Source: Candidatus Accumulibacter propinquus (lineage in GTDB: Bacteria; Pseudomonadota; Gammaproteobacteria; Burkholderiales; Rhodocyclaceae). Taken from it: a stretch of DNA of 64,000 nt. Location: positions 11,304 through 75,303 of the forward strand of contig JADKBU010000012.1 of NCBI GenBank assembly GCA_016714935.1. The letters are read 5' to 3'. Positions within the stretch are counted from its first letter, which is position 1. Every line of letters starts with the position of its first letter. The notes under the pieces were generated by a model that saw nothing but the letters and a program-made list of their open reading frames with translations, was not told the origin of the DNA and ran no database searches. Below are positions 56,690 through 64,000 of the stretch, one piece after another. Made by a program: the position numbers and the translations under genes.

Positions 56690-58057
56690 TCAGAAGCGTT
56701 CTTCCTCGCGCAGGTAGCGCCATTGTCCGGCGGGCAGCTTGCCCAGCGATACGCTGCCGATGCGTACGCGCTTGATGTCGGTCGCGCGCAAGCCCACCTG
56801 CTCGCACATGCCCTGGATTTGCCGTTTGCGGCTTTCGTGCAGAACGAAGCGCAGTTGTTGCTCGCTGAGCCAGGAAACCTGGGCACGCTGCAATTTGACC
56901 TGGTCCAGCGACAAGCCATGCCGCAGAAGTTCCAGTCCATCCGGAATCAGCGTACCCTGAACGCGTACGTGATATTCCTTCTCCAGAGGCGAATCCTTGC
57001 CCGTCAGGCGGCGCGCGACGCTACCTTCCTGGGTGAACACCAGCATGCCGCCTTCATCGTCGCCGAGCCTGCCGGCAAGCGCCAGGCCGCGCAGATGGGT
57101 GGCTTTGAAGGCCAGTGGGGTCGTGTCTTCCGCCCAGCGGTTGGCGGAACGGATCAGCGTCATCGCGGTGTCGGCGGCGTCTTCCGCCGGCCCTGCGGCC
57201 GGGTCGCAGGGTTTGTTGAACAGGATGGTGACGCTGTCGGTGTGGTGCTTGCCCGCTACTTCCCTGATCTCGATTTTCGCCCGCGGGTTGACGCGTGCCC
57301 CCAGCCTGTTGACGATCACTCCGTCCACGCTGACCCAGCCGTTTTCTATCCATTCGTCGGCTGCGCGTCGCGAGCACATCGCCAATTCACTCACCAGCTT
57401 CGACAACCGTGGCGACTCCTTGGGCAAGCCGCGCGGAGCACTGGCCGTCGTCAGCGGCGCGCTGGTCGATGTTGGCGATGCCGTTGCCGCTGGTACGGGC
57501 GCGGCCGGGGGCGTGTCCGGCAAGCGCGAGCGCAGCGGGACAGCCGGCGGCCCCTCGATATCGGCACGTCGCGGCGCTGGCGGGGCGGCGCGAACGCCGG
57601 TACTGCGGGCAATGCCGCGCGCCGGATAAGTCTTCAGACGCTTTTCAGGGCGCTCGCCTGGCGGCCGCTCGTCGGCAGTTCCGTTCTCCAGGCGGCGGCC
57701 CGGCGAGTCGGCAGCCGTGCGTGCGGTGGCGCGGTCGGCGGTCTCGCGCTGGCGTTCTCCAGGCGTTTTACTGAAGTTTGTGTTCTGGCCTGTCGGGGGC
57801 GCCTCGCCAGCCACTCTTTGAGACTGGCGCATTGTGCGTTCGCTGCTGCTCGGCACGCCGACTCTTGGCTTCGAGGTGCTTTCAGGTTTTCCGGTGGGCG
57901 AGGCCGGGGCGGCCCAACTCTCGTCGGCCCGCCGTGGAGTCCCGTGCCTGGCGGTCTGGGAGCCGCTGCGGAGTGGCTTGCGCGCGGGCGCCCTGGTGTC
58001 GCCGGGGCGCGTGGAGGGGGCAGGTTTCTTGGGCAGTTTCAGGGTCGAGCGGGGCAT
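56690..58057 (-). CDS. RsuA/RluF-family pseudouridine-synthase-like protein with a ~216-aa Arg/Pro/Ala-rich N-terminal extension
   Basis: The C-terminal 239 aa are an S4 domain (RLSKLVSELAMCSRRAADEWIENGWVSVDG) plus a PUS core (ILFNKP..., GRLGDDEGGMLVFT, EKEYHVRV, ..SRKRQIQGMCE..). ATG 58057 is the first start. The true start inside the low-complexity extension is uncertain. Confidence 0.75.
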   Translation of the reverse strand: MPRSTLKLPKKPAPSTRPGDTRAPARKPLRSGSQTARHGTPRRADESWAAPASPTGKPESTSKPRVGVPSSSERTMRQSQRVAGEAPPTGQNTNFSKTPGERQRETADRATARTAADSPGRRLENGTADERPPGERPEKRLKTYPARGIARSTGVRAAPPAPRRADIEGPPAVPLRSRLPDTPPAAPVPAATASPTSTSAPLTTASAPRGLPKESPRLSKLVSELAMCSRRAADEWIENGWVSVDGVIVNRLGARVNPRAKIEIREVAGKHHTDSVTILFNKPCDPAAGPAEDAADTAMTLIRSANRWAEDTTPLAFKATHLRGLALAGRLGDDEGGMLVFTQEGSVARRLTGKDSPLEKEYHVRVQGTLIPDGLELLRHGLSLDQVKLQRAQVSWLSEQQLRFVLHESRKRQIQGMCEQVGLRATDIKRVRIGSVSLGKLPAGQWRYLREEERF

Positions 58058-58293
58058 GGCGTGTTTTTCCCTTGCCGTGAAAGTCGGGTCAGCGACTCAC
58101 GAATTGCCCCTCTCCACGGTCGTGGCAGAGGGGCTGGGGTGAGAGGGGCGATCACCAGTTGCGTGATCGGGAGTGTCTGGCGCAGTCGCGGGCGTTGCCG
58201 CGGATGCCTCTAGTTTACGCCAGAAAGCGCTGCTTTCCCGGTCGGAGTCGGCGCGTTGGGACGCTGGCGGACTCCGCCATGCCGGATTCGTCG

Positions 58294-58827
58294 TCAGCGC
58301 GGCGGCGGTGGCGGTGGCGCGCCGAACGGCGGTGGGGGTGGCGGCGGGGCGCCACGTGGCGGTGGAGGCACAAAGCCGGGCGCGACTGGCCTGGACACGT
58401 TGCCATCCCGCAAGGGGTAACCGGCGGGCAGCGGGACCTTGTGGCCGCGCGAGTACATGCACTGCAGGTAGTTCTGGTCGTAACGCCGCTGCAGGGTGTA
58501 ACTCGATGCGTTGCCGGCAGCCACGCCGCTGGTGCTGCCAGCCAGAAGGCCAATGCCGGCACCGACGGCCGCGCCTCTTGATCCATCGACGGCCGCGCCG
58601 AGCGCTGCCCCGATCACCGTGCCGAGCGCAGCACTGGCGACACCGGCATCAACGGCGGCAGACTGCGGGGTTCTTGGCCCGATCGCCTGGCTGGCAAAAT
58701 TTCTGCACATCGCGTCGTCGGCCCGGAACTGTTCGAAGCGCTGCCCTGACCCGGGCAGGACCATCACGCTGGGGCCCTCCGGCGGCAACACGATGCAGGC
58801 GCTGAGGATGAGCGCCAACAGCGGCAT
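58294..58827 (-). CDS. Glycine-zipper lipoprotein with C-terminal polyproline tail
   Basis: Start at ATG 58827 gives the lipobox MPLLALILSAC. The Gly-zipper is GVASAALGTVIGAALGAAVDGSRGAAVGAGIGLLAGSTSG, followed by ..QRRYDQNYLQCMYSRGHKVP and then PPPPRGAPPPPPPPFGAPPPPPPR*. The longer ORF to 58968 is less likely. Confidence 0.7.
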   Translation of the reverse strand: MPLLALILSACIVLPPEGPSVMVLPGSGQRFEQFRADDAMCRNFASQAIGPRTPQSAAVDAGVASAALGTVIGAALGAAVDGSRGAAVGAGIGLLAGSTSGVAAGNASSYTLQRRYDQNYLQCMYSRGHKVPLPAGYPLRDGNVSRPVAPGFVPPPPRGAPPPPPPPFGAPPPPPPR

Positions 58828-59349
58828 CGAGCGACATATAGCCGAGGCGTCGGCGCTCACGGCCGGCGCTGCGCGGCGGCCGCAGTATGGCTGGTCTGCT
58901 TCCGGAAGCCTGTTCATCGACGTCCTCACGGTAATGATTATGTCCTGCTCGGTTGCTGTGAAAGCCACCTGATTGCGCTCTCGGCATGGATAGATAAATA
59001 ACGCAGCAGACGTGGAAAGGCTGACGCGGGTGGCACGGATCCCTGGCGCAGGGCGGACTCTTGCCGGTCGGCGACTAACCGCTGTTGGCCAGTTGTTTCA
59101 TCAGCCAAAGCACATGCTGTTGCCGCCCGCTGTTTCTGGTACGCTGTTGTACGCAAAGGGTAGTGGTTCCAAGGGCAGGCGAAGTTCCGGCGAGGTTGCC
59201 TTTCCTCGAAGTTCTGGCCCTGACCGCTGCCCGGGCGTCACGATGTTATTGCCGTAAACTTGAATGGAGGGGGCTGCCGGGCGGCCCCTTGTACTTGCCG
59301 GACGCGGTTCCCCTGCCGCTCCGGAAATCGACCGGGAACTGACTGCCGC

Positions 59350-61305
59350 ATGCCAAACTATCCGGAAAGCGCCGTCGGCAACCTTGCCGACCTTGAGGAG
59401 GGACAGGTCGCTCTGTCGCGATTTATCGTGCAGCGTGACACCGGTCTCTTTGTGAACCTTTCGCGCCTGGAGTCGGCCAGTGATCTGATCGATTTCGTCA
59501 ATCGCGTGTTCGCGACAGATCTCTACTTCCGGGCTCTCGATTACCCGCGACTGATATCTCTGTGTTACGACGACGCGACCAGCCGGGGCCGGCCGGCCGG
59601 CGAAGAGTTCTTCCTGGCGGCCGACATCACGGCCTTTCGGCCGGAACGTCAGGCACTCTACAAGGCGTTGCGCATCGAGGGGGGGGAGGCGGCTTATCTC
59701 TTCGAACCGCTGTATCGTGCATCGGATCCCGAGCAAACCCTGTCCGGCGGCGCCGAAATGGGCCATGCGGCGCCCGTACCCGGTCGGCAGAAGTCATCCG
59801 AGACACGCATTGAACTCGATATCGATGAATTCATCGCCGCCGCCTGGACCAAGGGTGTGTGCTTCGGCATCGACCTCGCGGCGGTAGATGAAGGCATGCA
59901 ACTCGACAAGCCGGAGTGGCGAGTGGTTGCCCGGAGCCGACCATACGTGCCGGGAAAGGATGCCGAAATCATCGAGCAGACTCCCGGCCTGCGTCGCAAC
60001 AATGCGCCGCGTCGGCTGCTTGGCGATCGTGTCGATCTGCGCCAGTTCGAGACGCGTTATCCGCAGGTCGCGGGCGGCGTACGTCTGGTGAAGAAGACGC
60101 CGCGCACGCCTGGGGTGGATGGCTGCGCCATCACCGGCCAGCCGTTGCCGGCACCGCTGCCCAAGGATCTCGATCTGGAGTGCCTGGCCGGTCCCGGCAC
60201 ACGCGTCAGCCGAGAGGCGGACGGTGAATACCTGGTGGTGTCTTCGTCCGGTTTTCTGAATATCGACCGGGATACCAACCAGTTCTCCGTAGTTGACAAG
60301 ATCGTCAGTCATGAAGGCGTCAGCGTGCGCACTACCGGCGATCTCTGGTTAACCGGCGAAGTTTACGAACAGCACGGCGAGATCCAGGAGAAACGCATCG
60401 TTCAGTGCCGCAGCATCACCGCTTACGCGGATGTCTTCGGCAGGATCGTCTCGACTGGCGGTACCGTCTGTCTGAAACGGAATCTGGTGGGTGGCAGCGC
60501 CAGCAATGAGGACGGGGACATCATCATCCAGGGCACGGCTTCCGGTGCGACGCTGATTGCCCACCAGGGTTCGATCGATGTGAAGCGGGCCGACAATTGC
60601 GTGATCATCGGCCGTCGGGTGGTCGTCGGGCAGGCCAGGAACTGCGATATCGTTGCCGATGAGGTGAGCCTCGACATCTCCGAAGCCTGCGCAATGGCAG
60701 GCAAGACGATACGCGTGCGTATTGCCCGTGCGCGGCGCGAACTCGACAGCGTTCTCCTGGTGTTGGTGCCCGACCTGTCGAGTTACGAGGTACAGATTAC
60801 CGCACTGCACAAGAAACGTGCAGCGCTGGAGAAATCGATTGCCGGCCACCGCGCCCGGATCGAGGCCTTGCGCGGCGAGAACGATGTTGCCAAGTACCTG
60901 CTGCTCGCCGGCAAACTGCGAAACCATGAACTGACCCTGAGTCCGGAACAGCAGGTGGGCTGGCGCAGGCTGGCGGCACTGGTCGCTCCTGTCGTGCGCA
61001 CCCTGGTACAGCTCGGAGAAGTGGTCAACGAACTGTTGGCTGAGTCGAATGCGCTGAGCGAGCAAGTCAAGGCGGTCATCGACGCCAGGGAGGAGTCGTG
61101 TAGCGGCGTGATGTGCGCCGTCGAGAAGGTTGAAGGCGAAACACGTGTCAGTGCCGTCATGGTGCGGCTTGCTGACTCCCCGCTGAGTGCCCTGCCGGGC
61201 AAGGACTTGAAGGTACGCTTGCGCCGCACCGACGCGACGACCAAGCTGCTCTTTGCCGGTGTGGGTGGGCACTTCGAGTGGTCCTATCGCACGCCGCCGA
61301 AATAG
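59350..61305 (+). CDS. FapA family (DUF342) protein
   Basis: Start at ATG 59350 (MPNYPESAVGNLADLEEG...), 651 aa. It has an N-terminal FapA_N-like domain (..IELDIDEFIAAAWTKGVCFGIDLAAVDEG..GKDAEI). A beta-helix region with repeated G.I/V.V turns follows (HEGVSVRTTGDLWLTGEV..., GGTVCLKRNLVGG.., IIIQGTASGATLIAHQGSIDV). It ends in a C-terminal coiled coil. Confidence 0.7.
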   Translation: MPNYPESAVGNLADLEEGQVALSRFIVQRDTGLFVNLSRLESASDLIDFVNRVFATDLYFRALDYPRLISLCYDDATSRGRPAGEEFFLAADITAFRPERQALYKALRIEGGEAAYLFEPLYRASDPEQTLSGGAEMGHAAPVPGRQKSSETRIELDIDEFIAAAWTKGVCFGIDLAAVDEGMQLDKPEWRVVARSRPYVPGKDAEIIEQTPGLRRNNAPRRLLGDRVDLRQFETRYPQVAGGVRLVKKTPRTPGVDGCAITGQPLPAPLPKDLDLECLAGPGTRVSREADGEYLVVSSSGFLNIDRDTNQFSVVDKIVSHEGVSVRTTGDLWLTGEVYEQHGEIQEKRIVQCRSITAYADVFGRIVSTGGTVCLKRNLVGGSASNEDGDIIIQGTASGATLIAHQGSIDVKRADNCVIIGRRVVVGQARNCDIVADEVSLDISEACAMAGKTIRVRIARARRELDSVLLVLVPDLSSYEVQITALHKKRAALEKSIAGHRARIEALRGENDVAKYLLLAGKLRNHELTLSPEQQVGWRRLAALVAPVVRTLVQLGEVVNELLAESNALSEQVKAVIDAREESCSGVMCAVEKVEGETRVSAVMVRLADSPLSALPGKDLKVRLRRTDATTKLLFAGVGGHFEWSYRTPPK

Positions 61306-61347
61306 CGGCGGCACAGGCACGGCCGGCGGAGGTGACGCCCGCCGCCC

Positions 61348-63930
61348 TCAGCCTTCGGCCACGCGCCTGCCGATGTGTTCAAGGGCCTCCTCGATCTGGT
61401 CGATCAGGACCAGGCAAAGATCGCCGGGTTGCAATTCGGCCAGAGCCGTATCGATGGCCAGGAACTCGCCACGGATCTCCCGGATCTCCGTTGTTCGTTT
61501 GGCGTTCTTCAGGCCCTCCTGCAGCAGGGCAAGCACTTCCCCATCCGCTCGGCCACGCTGGCACTGGTCCTGATAGAGCACGACCCGATCGAAGGCGTGC
61601 CCCAGAATTTCCGTCTGCTGGCGGATGTCCTCGTCGCGCCGGTCGCCGGCGCCGCTGATCACCACCGAGCGCTGGCTGCCCACGCTTGATGGCAGGTTGT
61701 CAATGGCGTCGACCAAAGCCTGAATGGCGTCCGGGTTGTGGCCGTAGTCGGCGATCAGCGTCGCGCCCCGATACGAAAAGACGTTGAAGCGCCCCGGCGC
61801 GTTTTGCGCGTCGTTCACGAAACTGCGCAGGCCGGCGTGCGTTGCCTCCCAGGAAACCCCGAGCGCCCAGGTGGTGGCAGTTGCCGCCATGGCGTTCTCG
61901 ACCTGGAAACCGATGGCACCGTGTTGCGTGAGCGGAATGTCGGCCAATGCGATACGGTGTTCGACACCCCCTCCGGAAGCGACGATCGAGTCGCCGTCAC
62001 GATACACGACACGCTTCCGCTGTGCGCGGTGCATGGCCATCACCGGGTGATGGCGGTCGGCAGCAAAAAAGGTGACGCTGCCCGGGCACGAATCGGCCAT
62101 CCGGGCGACCATGGGATCGGCCGCATTGAGCACCGCAACGCCGGTCCCGGGCCGGACGTTCTGGACGATCACACGCTTGACTACCGACAGATCCTCGACG
62201 GTGCTGATGTAGGAAAGTCCCAGGTGGTCACCCAGACCGATGTTGGTGACCACCGCCACATCGCAGCGGTCGAAGCCAAGCCCCTCGCGCAGCACGCCGC
62301 CGCGTGCCGTCTCGAGCACGGCGGCGTCGACGTCGGGGTGGAGCAGGACATTCTTGGCGCTCTTCGGGCCGCTGCAGTCCCCGGTATCGATGCGTCGGCC
62401 CTGAATGTACACGCCGTCAGTCGTGGTCATCCCGACCCGCAGACCGCTCTGCCCAATAATGTGGGCGACCAGCCGGACCGTCGTCGTCTTGCCGTTGGTG
62501 CCGGCGACGGCCACCAAGGGGATGCGGGCGTCGTCGCCAGGCGCAAACATGTTGGCGACAATCGCTTCTCCCACCGGCCGCCCCTTGCCGAAGGACGGCT
62601 GCAGATGCATGCGCAGTCCCGGCGCGGCATTGATTTCGACGATGCCGCCACCCTGGGCCTCAAGCGGGCGAAGGACGCTGTCGCAAACGACATCGACGCC
62701 GGCGATATCGAGGCCGATGGTCTGTGCCGCGGCCACCGCCTGCGCCGCGAATTCGGGATGGACATCGGCGGTGACATCGGTTGCCGTGCCTCCCGTCGAG
62801 AGATTGGCGTTGTTGCGCAGTACCACGCGCTGACCTCTCGCTGGCACCGATTCCGGAGCCAGCCCCGCATTCGCCAGGCGCGCCAGGGCCAGGTCATCGA
62901 GTCGGATACGGGTCAGCGAGGTGGCGTGGCCTTCGCCGCGGCGGGGATCGCTGTTGACCCGCTCGACCAACTGGCCGATGCTGTGTACGCCATCACCGAT
63001 GACCAGCGGCGGGTCGCGGCGGGCGGCGGCGATGAGTTTGTCGCCGACGACCAGCAAACGGTAGTCGTGGCCCGGCAGGAAACGCTCGACGAGCACTTCG
63101 TCGCTGACTTCGAAGGCGATCGCGTAGGCGGCTTCAATCTGTTCGCGGGTGCCCAGGTTGACGGCCACGCCCTTGCCCTGATTGCCATCCTGCGGTTTGA
63201 CGACCACCGGGCAGCCGATTTCGCAGGCCGCCGCCCATGCGTCCTCGGCACTGAGGACGGGCCGGCCGCAGGGAACCGGAACGCCGGCTGCGTGCAGGAG
63301 GATCTTGCTCAGTTCCTTGTCCTGAGCGATCGATTCGGCGACGGCGCTGGTGGCATCGGTCTCGGCAGCCTGGATGCGACGCTGCCGGCTGCCCCAGCCA
63401 AACTGCACCATGCTCCCTTCGGTCAGTCGTCGGTAGGGGATATTGCGTGCCGTCGCCGCATAAACGATGGCCCCGGTGCTTGGGCCCAAGCGCAGATCTT
63501 CGTCGAGTTCGCGCAGGCGGTCCAGCGCCTGGCCAAGTTCGAACGCCTTGCCTTCGACCGCAGCCTTGCAGAGATCCTGCGCGAGTTCGAACGCCAGGCG
63601 ACCAACAGCTTCTTCGCTGTATTCGACGACCACCTGATAGATGCCCGTTTCAAGGGTTTGCGCCGTGCGGCTGAAAGTGACCGGACAGCCGGCCTGAGCC
63701 TGCAGGCCGAGCGCAGCGAACTCGAGCGCCTGCGCCATCGATACGGCTTCATCATGACCGGCAGGCCCGAGCATGGCCAACTCGGGAAAGCGCTCACGCA
63801 GACGGGTTTCGAAACCCGGGATGCTGTCGATGCTGCGTTCGTCCTCGGCGCAGTAGATAATGGCCTCGATCGCTGTGTGGCGGCTCCACAGATTGGGACC
63901 GCGCAGAGCGCGAATTCGCGATACTTGCAT
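61348..63930 (-). CDS. cphA: Cyanophycin synthetase
   Basis: 860 aa, MQVSRIRALRGPNLWSRHTAIEAII... It has an ATP-grasp domain (..VVVKPQDGNQGKGV..) followed by a Mur-ligase-like domain (VAGTNGKTTT, ..DYGHNP..). RBS GAGGAA. Confidence 0.95.
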   Translation of the reverse strand: MQVSRIRALRGPNLWSRHTAIEAIIYCAEDERSIDSIPGFETRLRERFPELAMLGPAGHDEAVSMAQALEFAALGLQAQAGCPVTFSRTAQTLETGIYQVVVEYSEEAVGRLAFELAQDLCKAAVEGKAFELGQALDRLRELDEDLRLGPSTGAIVYAATARNIPYRRLTEGSMVQFGWGSRQRRIQAAETDATSAVAESIAQDKELSKILLHAAGVPVPCGRPVLSAEDAWAAACEIGCPVVVKPQDGNQGKGVAVNLGTREQIEAAYAIAFEVSDEVLVERFLPGHDYRLLVVGDKLIAAARRDPPLVIGDGVHSIGQLVERVNSDPRRGEGHATSLTRIRLDDLALARLANAGLAPESVPARGQRVVLRNNANLSTGGTATDVTADVHPEFAAQAVAAAQTIGLDIAGVDVVCDSVLRPLEAQGGGIVEINAAPGLRMHLQPSFGKGRPVGEAIVANMFAPGDDARIPLVAVAGTNGKTTTVRLVAHIIGQSGLRVGMTTTDGVYIQGRRIDTGDCSGPKSAKNVLLHPDVDAAVLETARGGVLREGLGFDRCDVAVVTNIGLGDHLGLSYISTVEDLSVVKRVIVQNVRPGTGVAVLNAADPMVARMADSCPGSVTFFAADRHHPVMAMHRAQRKRVVYRDGDSIVASGGGVEHRIALADIPLTQHGAIGFQVENAMAATATTWALGVSWEATHAGLRSFVNDAQNAPGRFNVFSYRGATLIADYGHNPDAIQALVDAIDNLPSSVGSQRSVVISGAGDRRDEDIRQQTEILGHAFDRVVLYQDQCQRGRADGEVLALLQEGLKNAKRTTEIREIRGEFLAIDTALAELQPGDLCLVLIDQIEEALEHIGRRVAEG

Positions 63931-64000
63931 GGACAGTTTCCTCTTTCGGATTCAGTGCGGACGCCGGTTGGTGGCGCTGGCTCGTTGCGGTCCACGACTC

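Noticed and set aside
58106-58134. A strong hairpin GCCCCTCTCCACG-GT-CGTGG(C)AGAGGGGC between the lipoprotein gene and the rluF-like gene, considered as a terminator.
   Set aside because: No U-tract follows on either strand (AATT on the minus strand, TGGGG on the + strand). It lies ~160 nt from the upstream stop. I could not support a call beyond 'stable stem'.
59031-59047. A sigma-54-like element TGGCAC-GGATC-CCTGG upstream of the FapA gene.
   Set aside because: The -24 GG is fine, but the -12 element is CTGG rather than TTGC/TGCA. It is ~300 nt from the start codon, and no enhancer-binding protein gene is nearby.
1-64000. Search by eye for tRNA/rRNA genes, IS elements, integrases, phage genes, toxin-antitoxin pairs, restriction-modification genes or other recognisable defence systems.
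   Set aside because: None recognised. All intergenic gaps are under 450 nt and show no cloverleaf-like features I could identify. No transposase, recombinase or nuclease-helicase defence signatures appear among the translated ORFs. A proper tRNAscan, Infernal or DefenseFinder run would be needed to exclude them formally.

Overview
High-GC (~65%) chromosomal segment. Gene content and synteny look betaproteobacterial (Rhodocyclales-like), which is an inference from yibN-grxC-secB-gpsA, glyA-nrdR-ribD, the exosortase-A-type hydrolases and cphA. I call about 55 protein-coding genes. By eye I found no rRNA, tRNA, CRISPR array, IS element or integrase.

Most of the window is housekeeping:
- Left part: yajQ, ppnP, argG-argF-argD, gpsA, secB, grxC, envC-like, ctpA, moeB, ribD, nrdR, glyA.
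- Right part: murI, fumA, acs, rng, yegQ, glycerate kinase, cphA.

Less ordinary parts:
1. A possible envelope-modification and signalling locus at 6.4-18.8 kb. It holds a PIG-L deacetylase, a Mig-14-like gene, a REC-HK-REC kinase, a ~1840-aa sensor kinase with eight PAS-like segments, a GT2 and an ArnT/PMT-like GT-C protein.
2. The acs / cNMP-CBS-DUF294 nucleotidyltransferase / DnaQ-like exonuclease / two-subunit Na-solute symporter cluster at 35.1-42.3 kb. The exonuclease appears to have a degenerate Exo II motif.
3. An orphan ACP plus 'exosortase-A-associated' hydrolase 2 and hydrolase 1 cassette at 42.4-46.8 kb. It is flanked by an AttH/CrtC-like lipocalin and a membrane-anchored beta-propeller, and lacks the usual ligase and decarboxylase partners.
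4. An RluF-like pseudouridine synthase whose catalytic Asp appears replaced, carrying a ~216-aa Arg/Pro-rich N-terminal extension.

Four genes (Mig-14-like, the giant kinase, the GT-C protein, ctpA) are each interrupted by a single-nucleotide frameshift. G8-G10 homopolymers are also present. Whether these frameshifts are assembly indels or real gene decay cannot be decided from the sequence alone. All homology statements come from motif recognition by eye; no database search was run.
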